DNA of 26,477 nt, from assembly GCA_035063585.1 (NCBI GenBank), contig JAPSGB010000055.1, forward strand, positions 1 to 26,477, read 5' to 3'. This stretch comes from Polyangiaceae bacterium (GTDB lineage Bacteria; Myxococcota_A; Polyangia; Polyangiales; Polyangiaceae). Below, piece after piece: positions 17,929-26,477 of this stretch. Positions within the stretch are counted from its first letter, which is position 1. Every line of letters starts with the position of its first letter. The position numbers and the translations under genes are program-made. The notes under the pieces were generated by a model. It did no database searches and was not told the DNA's origin. It worked only from the letters and a program-made list of their open reading frames with translations.

Positions 17929-18537
17929 ATGAAGCAGCAGGATTGGGACGAGCGCTATCGCTCCGGGCAGACCCCCTGGGACACCGGCGTCGCCGACGCG
18001 CACCTGGTCGGTTATCTCGAACGGAGCGGGCTCGCGCGCGGCCGGGCGCTCGACGTCGGGTGCGGCACCGGGACGAACGCCATCTACCTCGCGGAGCATG
18101 GGTTCGAGGTGGTCGGCGTCGATCTCTCGCCCTTGGCGATCGAGCGCGCGAGGTCGAAATCCGCGGGGCTCGCGGGGCTCGCGCTTCATTCTCTGAGCTT
18201 CCTCGACGACGAGGTCCCGGGCGGGCCCTTCGACCTCGTCTATGATCGCGGGGTCTTTCACATCTTCGACGAGGCGAGCGAGCGCGCGCGCTTCGCCGAG
18301 CGCGTCGCCCAGCTCCTCGCCGACGGAGGGCGCTGGGTGAGCCTCATCGCGAGCACCGAGGGGCCGCCGCGTGAAGAAGGGCCGCCGCGACGCTCGGCGC
18401 GTGACGTGATGAACGCGGTCGAGCCGAGCCTCGAGGTCGAGTCGTTCACGACCACCGTGTTCCACGAGGGCGCGCTCGCGTGGCTGTGCGTGTCGCGCCG
18501 CCGGAAGACGCCGGCGCAGCCGTCCACGCGTCGCTGA
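17929..18537 (+). CDS. Class I SAM-dependent methyltransferase (TPMT-like)
   Basis: WDERYRSGQTPWD, ALDVGCGTG, VVGVDLS and FDLVYDRGVFH. ATG 17929, 202 aa. Confidence 0.92.
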   Translation: MKQQDWDERYRSGQTPWDTGVADAHLVGYLERSGLARGRALDVGCGTGTNAIYLAEHGFEVVGVDLSPLAIERARSKSAGLAGLALHSLSFLDDEVPGGPFDLVYDRGVFHIFDEASERARFAERVAQLLADGGRWVSLIASTEGPPREEGPPRRSARDVMNAVEPSLEVESFTTTVFHEGALAWLCVSRRRKTPAQPSTRR

Positions 18538-18550
18538 GGCCGTCGCGCGC

Positions 18551-18573
18551 GGTTCCGCGCCGGACCGACCCCC
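18551..18573 (-). repeat. Dispersed intergenic REP-like element, copy 3
   Basis: Minus strand reads GGGGGTCGGTCCGGCGCGGAACC, exact core at 18556-18567. Confidence 0.72.
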
Positions 18574-18591
18574 AAGAACCCCCCGGGAAGG

Positions 18592-18912
18592 TTACTTGAT
18601 GGTGACGTCCGCCTTGAAGGGCATGCAGGTGTTCTCGGAGCAGATCGCGCCGCGGAGCTGCCCGGTGCCCTTCGGCGCGCCCTCGACCGAGGCCTTCGCC
18701 TTGTCGAGCGTGAAGCGGCTCTTGTCGAGCTTGGTGTCACCCACCGTGAGCTTCCACGGGAACTCGAGGTTGATGTGCCAGCCGGCGTGCGCGGTCACCG
18801 TCACCTTGCCGCCCGAGACGCTCACGTCGTAGTTCGGATCGGCGTGGACCGAGCTCGCGGTGAGCCCGACCAGAGCAGCGGCGGCGACGGCGGAGAAGAG
18901 CGACAGACGCAT
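18592..18912 (-). CDS. Small secreted beta-sandwich protein resembling the DsbD N-terminal domain
   Basis: SD AAGGAGG upstream of ATG 18912. Signal peptide ending VHA, then GWHIN and C-x4-C (AICSENTCMP). 106 aa. The fold call is inferred from motifs. Confidence 0.65.
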   Translation of the reverse strand: MRLSLFSAVAAAALVGLTASSVHADPNYDVSVSGGKVTVTAHAGWHINLEFPWKLTVGDTKLDKSRFTLDKAKASVEGAPKGTGQLRGAICSENTCMPFKADVTIK

Positions 18913-19080
18913 GGGGGGCGGCCTCCTTCGAGAGTCCAATCTTTATCTGGATACGCGCCGCCGCAACCGGACCTTCCCGGAGCATCCCCCGCCGGCAGCT
19001 GGGGCCAGGCCAGCGCGGGGCGCCCGCCCGGATGGCGTGTGTGTATCGTAACTATTCGTATTCATGAGAAATATTCTTGT

Positions 19081-19100
19081 TGCCGGTCCGGCGCGGAATC
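19081..19100 (+). repeat. Dispersed intergenic REP-like element, copy 4
   Basis: TGCCGGTCCGGCGCGGAATC, 19/20 identical to 24493-24512. Confidence 0.75.
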
Positions 19101-19128
19101 CCCCGCAGCGCGCCCCGGCGCGGCGCGG

Positions 19129-21642
19129 TCAAGGCAGCGCGATGACGTCCCAGCGCAGGCGGCGCATGGCGCCTCCCTTCGCGGTGAGGCGGACGTCGCG
19201 CAGGGTGAGCTCCGAGCCCGACCCGTAGGCGCCGTTCACGCGGAGGCGCGGGAGCGCGCCCGCTGCTCCGACGTGAAAGCACGACGCGCAGTCGGGCAGC
19301 TCGCTCTCCCCGGCCTCGGCGAGCCCGCCCGGGTTTCCCGCGTCCGACGCGAGCCGCTCCGCGACGAGCTCCGTCCCGTCGGCGAGGGTGAAGCTCGCGC
19401 GGCCGCCCGGCGCGAGCGCGACCATCACGTCGAGGCGGTCGGCGACGCGGTCCGGCGTGACGATGTCCGGGTCGGACGCGGGCGCGAGCGTGTCGATCGC
19501 CGAATCGAGCATCGGGAGGAGCTGGTTTGCCACCAGCAAGAGCGGCAGCTTGCCGAGCGGCGCGGGCACGGAGACCTCGCGACCTCCCTCGAGCACCGTG
19601 AAGTCGTCGAGATCGAGGTAGCGACCGGGCGGTATCCAGCCGGACTTTTCCGTCTGCCCGCGCCGCACGACCGGCCAGGCGTAGAGCGCGGGACCGAGGA
19701 AATATGCGTCCTCGATCGCCCACGTCTCGGGAGCCTCCGGGAAGAGGAGGAAGGGATGCAAGGTGAGCGGGCGCCCGGTCTGGTGCGCGAGCTCTGCGAG
19801 CGCCATGAAGTAGGGCTGGAGGCGCGTGTGGAGGCGCGCGTACTTCCGGTAAGCGTCGGTCGTCTCCTGGTCGCCCCACAAGTTCCACTTGGTCCGCCCG
19901 CCGCCGAGCGGGTTCGAGCAGGCGTTCTCCTCGTGCATGAAGGGCGAGACCGCGCCGAACTCGACCCAGCGGATGAACACCTCCTTGTCGGTCGGGGCCC
20001 CGGTGAGGCACTTGAAGCCGGTCATGTCGCTGCCCCAGAAGGGCGCGCCGCTCATCGAGAGGTTGACGCCGGCGCGCACCGCCGAGGGCAGCCCGAGCGT
20101 CTCGTCGAAGGTGGCCTCGGCGTCGCCCTGCCACACCATCGGCGCGTACTGCTGGGTTCCCGCGTAGCCCGAGCGGACGAAAAATAGGTAGTCCCCGGGG
20201 CGCTCGCGCTCGAGGAGCTCGTGCGCCGCCTTCGCCGAGAGCACGGGGTAGAGGTCATGGAGCTCGTCGCCGCGCCGCCCGTCGAAGAAGATCGCGTCGC
20301 GCGGGGTGTACTCCCCGAAATCGTGCATCCAGCCGTCGTAACCGAGCTCGAGGGTGCGGCGGAGCAGGCTCTGATACCAGGTGACCGCGTCGGGGTTGGT
20401 CAGATCCACCGCCGCGACCGTCAACATCTTCCCCGAGATGAACTGGGTGAGCGTGGGCTCGCCGTCCGGGCCCTTCACGAAGTAGCCGTGCTCTCTGCCG
20501 AAGGCGTAGTCTGCCGCAGCCCGCGGGTCGTCCTCCGCGACGTAGGGGTTGTTGTACGCGATGGCCCGGTAGCCGGCGTCGTGGAGGGTCTTCGTCCACG
20601 CGCGGAGCTCGGCCTCGCGGCCCGTCTGCGATGACGCGGGCAGGAAATGCACGGAGTCGTCGATCGACGTGCAGGCGATGTCGGCGTCGCGCATCGCCTG
20701 CCACTCGGGGACGCCATTTACGAGCGTGTCGGCGTTCGAGCGCCGGCTCAGGCCGAAGTTCCACGGCGCGGGCACCATCGTGCGGCCGGTATCGCGCGTG
20801 TAGTCGTCGAGCGTCGCGAGCGGGTCGCGGTGAGCGTAGACGACCGCGTCGAAGCTCGAGGCGTTCACCGCGAAGCGCCAAGCGTCGCCCCGCTCGGCGG
20901 CGAAGTTCACCTCGGTGCGGTAGGTCGTGTCGAGGTGCACGCCGTAGCCGCGGCTCGAGAGGAAGAACGGCACCGGGAAATAGGTCATGCTGGGGCCGCT
21001 CGGGAACGGGTTCTGCTCGCTCGGCGCGGCGCTCTCGCCGCGCCCGAGCGCGCCCTCCTCGGCCCAGCTATAGAGCTGCCAGCCCCGATGATCGACGGTG
21101 GCGAAACGCTCGCCCATGCCGAAAAAATGCTCGTCGTCGCCCGAGGCGAAGGAGAGCGTGGTCTTGTTCAGCGGGTCGTCCGCGCTGGGCTCGCGCGCCT
21201 CGCTCGCGCGCGCGCGGAGGCGCACCCGCGCGCCGTCGAGCGTGACCACGAGCGACGCGTTCACGCCCTCGCCGGAGAGCGCGAGCGTCACCGAGTCGCT
21301 CTCGCGCGCGACCACGCGCGCGCGCGTGGCGTGCCGCCAAGGCGCCTCTTGCGCGAGGTAGCCGTCCCACCCCGGGAGCGGCTGGGTCGAGTAGATGGGC
21401 GTGTCGACGGTGGCGGCGAGAGCGCCGTAGGGATCGTCACCCCCGCCCGGCAGCGTGGCGAGCACCGGGCGCCCCTCGCCGTCGGCGATCTCGAGCGTGA
21501 ACGGCGCGAGCCCGATCTCGACCCGCGCGCCCTCGCCGAGCAGCGTGAGCCGCGTCGGCGAGGGCTCCGGTTCGCCGCCGCAGGCACCGGCGACGAGCGA
21601 CAACGTGGCGAGGCAGGCGAGGCGAGGGCGAGCGAGCTTCAC
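19129..21642 (-). CDS. Glycoside hydrolase family 31 lipoprotein
   Basis: Lipobox-like VAGAC. FFGMGERF, YFPVPFFLSSRGYG, VDLTNPDAVTWY, nucleophile WMHDFGEY, acid/base WQGDA, WGSDMTGF and RWVEFGAVSPFM. Confidence 0.92.
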   Translation of the reverse strand: MKLARPRLACLATLSLVAGACGGEPEPSPTRLTLLGEGARVEIGLAPFTLEIADGEGRPVLATLPGGGDDPYGALAATVDTPIYSTQPLPGWDGYLAQEAPWRHATRARVVARESDSVTLALSGEGVNASLVVTLDGARVRLRARASEAREPSADDPLNKTTLSFASGDDEHFFGMGERFATVDHRGWQLYSWAEEGALGRGESAAPSEQNPFPSGPSMTYFPVPFFLSSRGYGVHLDTTYRTEVNFAAERGDAWRFAVNASSFDAVVYAHRDPLATLDDYTRDTGRTMVPAPWNFGLSRRSNADTLVNGVPEWQAMRDADIACTSIDDSVHFLPASSQTGREAELRAWTKTLHDAGYRAIAYNNPYVAEDDPRAAADYAFGREHGYFVKGPDGEPTLTQFISGKMLTVAAVDLTNPDAVTWYQSLLRRTLELGYDGWMHDFGEYTPRDAIFFDGRRGDELHDLYPVLSAKAAHELLERERPGDYLFFVRSGYAGTQQYAPMVWQGDAEATFDETLGLPSAVRAGVNLSMSGAPFWGSDMTGFKCLTGAPTDKEVFIRWVEFGAVSPFMHEENACSNPLGGGRTKWNLWGDQETTDAYRKYARLHTRLQPYFMALAELAHQTGRPLTLHPFLLFPEAPETWAIEDAYFLGPALYAWPVVRRGQTEKSGWIPPGRYLDLDDFTVLEGGREVSVPAPLGKLPLLLVANQLLPMLDSAIDTLAPASDPDIVTPDRVADRLDVMVALAPGGRASFTLADGTELVAERLASDAGNPGGLAEAGESELPDCASCFHVGAAGALPRLRVNGAYGSGSELTLRDVRLTAKGGAMRRLRWDVIALP

Positions 21643-21705
21643 CCCCTCATCTTGCCACGGCCCCGGTCCGCGCGGCGCGCCGACGTCATGCCCGCGCCGG
21701 CGCGC

Positions 21706-23355
<1,650 letters not shown>

Positions 23356-23438
23356 CGCGCAAGGCGATTGTCGCGGCGCGCGAGCCCCGAGCTTCGCGCG
23401 CTTGTCCTAGAGCGCGATTCTGGCCTAATCGGGGGCTC

Positions 23439-24461
23439 ATGCGATGGTCCCACGCCGCGCTCACGGTCCTCGTCGTCGGGGCCTGCGGGCGCGCTGCCCA
23501 GCCCGAGAGCGAGCCCGCGCCCCGCGTGGCGCCCCCCCCGCCTGCGGCTCCGACGGTCGCGGCGCCGAGTCGCGACGAACCGCCTCTGAGCGACGCCGGG
23601 GCCGCCGATGGCGCGGCGCCCGACGCCGAGGCCGACGCCGGCGCCCCGCGCGCTCGCGCGCCCATCCCGCCCGACATGCTCCCGATCCCGGGCGGCACCT
23701 TCGTGATGGGCGCCGACACCGGCGGGGAGGAGGACGAACACCCGGCGCATCAGGTCACGGTTCGAGGATTTCTCCTCGACCGGACCGAGGTCACCAACGC
23801 GGCCTACCTCGAGGGCGTGAAGGCGGGCGCTTGCCGGATGTACCGGACCGACGCCGCGGTGAGCTTCCACGCCGGCCCCGATCGCGATTTCCGCCACCCC
23901 GAGCAGCCGGTGAGCGCGGTGTCGTGGGATGACGCCAAGGGCTATTGCGAGTGGCGGGGAAGGCGCCTGCCCACCGAGGCCGAGTGGGAGCGCGCCGCGC
24001 GCGGCGACGACGGCCGGCGTTATCCATGGGGAGACGAGCCTCCCGATCCGAAGCGGCACGGCTGCTGGGGCTCGAGCCCGCCGCCCTGCGGCGGGCGCAC
24101 CGCGCCGGTCGGCTCCTATCCCGCGGGCGCCGGCCCCTATGGTCACCTCGATCTCGCCGGCAACGTCTGGGAGTGGACCGCCGACTACTACGACCCGATG
24201 GCGTACACGCGCCCGACCGCGAAGGACGGCGTGCCCGGAAGCTGCGAGGAGATCCTCGAGAGCCTCGCCGGGCTCCGCAAGAACCACCGCCAGGGCTTCA
24301 CCGGGACGAACCCCATCCCCGTCGAGTGTGAGCGGGTGCTCCGGGGCGGAGCCTACAATTATCGGGGTGAGGGGCTCCGCGCCATGAACCGCGTCCACCA
24401 CCCGGGGAGCTTCCGCATCCTGGTGGCGGGCTTCCGCTGCGCGCGGGATGCCCCCGAATAA
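23439..24461 (+). CDS. FGE-sulfatase (SUMF1/EgtB/PvdO-like) domain lipoprotein
   Basis: Lipobox-like VVGAC and Pro/Ala linker. IPGGTFVMG, DRTEVTN, VSWDDA, RLPTEAEWERAARG, DLAGNVWEW, RVLRGG and GFRCA. Confidence 0.92.
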   Translation: MRWSHAALTVLVVGACGRAAQPESEPAPRVAPPPPAAPTVAAPSRDEPPLSDAGAADGAAPDAEADAGAPRARAPIPPDMLPIPGGTFVMGADTGGEEDEHPAHQVTVRGFLLDRTEVTNAAYLEGVKAGACRMYRTDAAVSFHAGPDRDFRHPEQPVSAVSWDDAKGYCEWRGRRLPTEAEWERAARGDDGRRYPWGDEPPDPKRHGCWGSSPPPCGGRTAPVGSYPAGAGPYGHLDLAGNVWEWTADYYDPMAYTRPTAKDGVPGSCEEILESLAGLRKNHRQGFTGTNPIPVECERVLRGGAYNYRGEGLRAMNRVHHPGSFRILVAGFRCARDAPE

Positions 24462-24491
24462 AGTAAAGTATCTAGTTTACTTTATTCGGGG
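24452..24491. terminator. AT-rich perfect 16-bp inverted repeat (possible bidirectional terminator or part of the repeat element)
   Basis: CCCCGAATAAAGTAAA-GTATCTAG-TTTACTTTATTCGGGG between convergent genes, overlapping the FGE gene stop. There is no U-tract, so the terminator role is uncertain. Confidence 0.5.
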
Positions 24492-24512
24492 ATGTCGGTC
24501 CGGCGCGGAATC
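24488..24512 (+). repeat. Dispersed intergenic REP-like element, copy 5
   Basis: GGGGATGTCGGTCCGGCGCGGAATC, exact core at 24496-24507. Confidence 0.75.
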
Positions 24513-24530
24513 ACCGCTGCCCGGCCCCGC

Positions 24531-25214
24531 TCAGCAGGTCGGGCAGCCGCAGGTCACCTCGTGCGACTTGGAGCCGGAGCCCGCGACGTCGTTGCAGCTA
24601 TCGAACGGAGAGGTGCACACCTCCGCCGCGGCGCACGCGCACGTCAGGCTACCGCCACAGCTCGCCGGGATCTCGACGCAGTGCGCCTCGGGGCCCACCA
24701 TCGTCTGGTACGCGGCGCAGCCGAGCGTCCCGGTGCAGTCCTTACATGAGGTGACCGTGCGGCACTGGGTCGCGGGGACACAGTGGCCCGACCAGCAGCT
24801 CTTGCTGTCGTTGAGCGAGGGGACCTCACCGGGCTGGCAGCTGGGCGGCATCGACATGCACACCACGCCAGAGCTGTCGCATTCGTAGCGGATGCTGGTG
24901 CCGCCCCCGGAGCCCGCGCTGCCCGAGCTACCGGCGCTGCCCGAGCTACCGGCGCTGCCCGAGCTACCGGCGCTGCCCGAGCTACCGGCGCTGCCACCGG
25001 TGCCCGCGCTACCCGAGCTACCGCCGGTGCCTGCGCTGCCGCCCGTGGCTGCGCTGCCCGCGCTACCCGAGCTACCGGCGCTGCCCGAGCTACCGGCGCT
25101 GCCGCCCGTGGCTGCGCTGCCCGCCGCGCCGCCGGTGCTCGAGCCCTCGTTGCTCTCCGAGCTGCTACAGCCGACCACCCCGAGACACACCGCAAGTAAG
25201 ATGATTCCACGCAT
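24531..25214 (-). CDS. Lipoprotein with Gly/Ser linker and 18-Cys C-terminal region
   Basis: SD GAGAGGAG and ATG 25214. [16 protein letters not shown] lipobox, (GSSGSA)n linker and Cys-rich tail. 227 aa. Confidence 0.82.
   Translation of the reverse strand: MRGIILLAVCLGVVGCSSSESNEGSSTGGAAGSAATGGSAGSSGSAGSSGSAGSAATGGSAGTGGSSGSAGTGGSAGSSGSAGSSGSAGSSGSAGSSGSAGSGGGTSIRYECDSSGVVCMSMPPSCQPGEVPSLNDSKSCWSGHCVPATQCRTVTSCKDCTGTLGCAAYQTMVGPEAHCVEIPASCGGSLTCACAAAEVCTSPFDSCNDVAGSGSKSHEVTCGCPTC
24904..25134 (-). repeat. Coding tandem repeats, 18-bp unit (GSSGSA) and variants
   Basis: The plus strand repeats gcgctgcccgagctaccg. Boundaries are approximate. Confidence 0.85.
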
Positions 25215-25293
25215 GACGTTCTCCTCTCGCCGGCAAGAATAGCTCGGGAGGCGCGTCGTTGCCATGACGTCGACTCGACGAGCGGCGGCGCGC

Positions 25294-25319
25294 GCCGCCG
25301 GCCGCGCCGCACCAACCCC
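25294..25319 (-). repeat. Degenerate copy of the intergenic REP-like element
   Basis: GCCGCCGGCCGCGCCGCACCAACCCC shares its first 16 nt with the copies at 5618 and 26283. Confidence 0.55.
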
Positions 25320-25439
25320 AGCCTCTCGACCGCACGAAGCGAGCCGAGCGCCCTTCGCGCGCGGGATCTCACCGACGACGCGCGCGTCGTTCGGGGCGCG
25401 GGCGCAGGGACACTCGGGTGGCTTCGAGCAGATGAGGTC

Positions 25440-26192
25440 CTAACGACACGCCGTGACGGGCACGCAATGCCCCGTCCAACAGCGCCCATCCTCGGTGACC
25501 GTCGGGACTTCGCCCTTGCCCTTGCAGATCGGCTTCGGCGCCTTGCAGGTCACCTTCGAGTCGTCGCAGTTGTAGCCGAGCACGCAGCGCCCGGCGGCGC
25601 AGCTCGCGGCCGTCGGGGCCTTGATCGCCTGGCAGTGGTTCACGATGCAGGCGCTGATCCCACAGGGTGGCAGCTTCGTCTCCGAGCCCGTCGGCGCGGC
25701 GACGCAGCTACAGCAATCGGTGAGGATGGTGCAATCGGAGTCGACCTTGCACTCAGGGGTTCCCCCGCCACCGCCGGTTCCCCCGCCACCGCCGGTTCCC
25801 CCACCGCCGCCGGTCCCCCCGCCGCCGCCGGTTCCTGCGCTGCCGCCGGTCCCCGCGCTGCCGGCGCTGCCGCCGGTGTTCGAGGAGCCGGCGCTGCCGC
25901 CGGTTCCCGCGCTGCCGCCGGTGTTCGAGGAGCCGGCGCTGCCGCCGGTTCCCGCGCTGCCGCCGGTGTTCGAGGAGCCGGCGCCACCGCCGGTGTTCGA
26001 GGAGCCGGCGCCACCGCCGGTGTTCGACGAGCCCGCGCCGCCGCCGGTGTTCGACGAGCCGGCGCCACCGCCGGTGCCCGCCCCGCTGTCCGCGCCGGCG
26101 CCGCCGCCGGTCGCCGACTGGCCGTCATTCTCTGAGCTGCCGCTGCAACCCGCCACGCTCAAGCACACCGCAAGCAAGATTGTTCCACGCAT
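25440..26192 (-). CDS. Lipoprotein with Gly/Ser/Thr linker and 16-Cys C-terminal region (paralog of 24531..25214)
   Basis: SD GAGAGGAG. MRGTILLAVCLSVAGC lipobox, (GGGAGSSNT)n / (GTGGGG)n linker and Cys-rich tail. Confidence 0.82.
   Translation of the reverse strand: MRGTILLAVCLSVAGCSGSSENDGQSATGGGAGADSGAGTGGGAGSSNTGGGAGSSNTGGGAGSSNTGGGAGSSNTGGSAGTGGSAGSSNTGGSAGTGGSAGSSNTGGSAGSAGTGGSAGTGGGGGTGGGGGTGGGGGTGGGGGTPECKVDSDCTILTDCCSCVAAPTGSETKLPPCGISACIVNHCQAIKAPTAASCAAGRCVLGYNCDDSKVTCKAPKPICKGKGEVPTVTEDGRCWTGHCVPVTACR
25757..26110 (-). repeat. Coding tandem repeats (18-, 27- and 45-bp units) of the Gly-rich linker
   Basis: The plus strand repeats ccgccggtgttcgaggagccggcg and ccgccggttcccccgcca. 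Boundaries are approximate. Confidence 0.85.
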
Positions 26193-26282
26193 CGTTCGCT
26201 CCTCTCGACGCAGAGCGTAGCCGAGTCACGGGCCCTGGGCCACATCGCCATCACCGCGCGGCGCGACCGCGTTCGCCCGCGT

Positions 26283-26312
26283 GCCGCCGGCCGCGCCGGA
26301 CCGGCACCCCCT
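26283..26312 (-). repeat. Dispersed intergenic REP-like element, copy 6
   Basis: GCCGCCGGCCGCGCCGGACCGGCACCCCCT, 29/30 identical to 5618-5647. Confidence 0.75.
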
Positions 26313-26319
26313 CGCGCGC

Positions 26320-26477
26320 CTAGCCCGCGCGCTCCGCGAGTCGAGCCTCGATGAGGTCCATCAGGCGGCGCACGCGCGCGGGCCAGGAGTGCTCCTCGGC
26401 GAGCGCGATGCGGCGAGCGCGGCCGGCCTCGGGGTCGGCGAGCGCTTGGTCCACGCGCGCCACGAACTCCGCGGCGT
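26320..26477 (-). CDS. C-terminal end of a probable GT-B (GT4-like) glycosyltransferase, 5'-truncated by the window
   Basis: Manual translation from 26475: AAEFVARVDQALADPEAGRARRIALAEEHSWPARVRRLMDLIEARLAERAG*. The 'EF...AL...R...A..HSW..R' ending is typical of this family. Only 51 aa are visible. Confidence 0.6.
   Translation of the reverse strand, partial: AAEFVARVDQALADPEAGRARRIALAEEHSWPARVRRLMDLIEARLAERAG

Noticed and set aside
21661..21681. CCCCGGTCCGCGCGGCGCGCC as another copy of the dispersed repeat
   Set aside because: It matches only with a gap and lacks the GGGG-TG flank, so it is too weak at this GC content.
24240..24345. FGE-domain protein as a true formylglycine-generating enzyme
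   Set aside because: It lacks the closely spaced catalytic Cys pair after RGG (reads RGGAYNY), and no sulfatase is adjacent.
23439..24491. FGE/C-type-lectin-fold gene followed by a hairpin, as a possible diversity-generating retroelement target
   Set aside because: No reverse transcriptase and no second copy of the 3' end differing at adenines is visible in the window. A remote template cannot be excluded without a genome search.
24892..26220. Plus-strand Pro-rich ORFs (PALPEL)n and (PPVFEE)n
   Set aside because: They are antisense shadows of the Gly-rich linkers. The minus-strand genes have SD, lipobox and Cys domains.

Overview
Very GC-rich, gene-dense bacterial chromosomal DNA. The Gly/Ser-linker and Cys-rich lipoproteins, FGE-domain and Sel1 lipoproteins and GldAFG-DUF4340 operon look myxobacterial (Polyangiaceae-like); this assignment is inferred. 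About 25 plausible CDSs: partial lamin-tail-like secreted protein, glutathione peroxidase, MerR regulator, Xre/MbcA-RES toxin-antitoxin pair, aldo/keto reductase, MFS, TerB-like protein, SGNH lipoprotein, PQQ/FG-GAP beta-propeller lipoprotein, GldA/GldF/GldG-like ABC operon plus DUF4340 protein, ArsR, Sel1 lipoprotein, SDR, SAM methyltransferase, small DsbD-N-like secreted protein, GH31 lipoprotein, ABC-F, FGE-domain lipoprotein, two tandem Gly/Cys-rich lipoproteins and a partial glycosyltransferase. I saw no rRNA, tRNA, CRISPR array or transposase. The strongest unexplained signal is a dispersed hairpin-like repeat with core CGGTCCGGCGCG: six exact copies plus one degenerate copy, all intergenic, some attached to AT-rich palindromes, and two bracketing a small gene in inverted orientation. 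All family calls come from reading motifs by eye, not from database searches.
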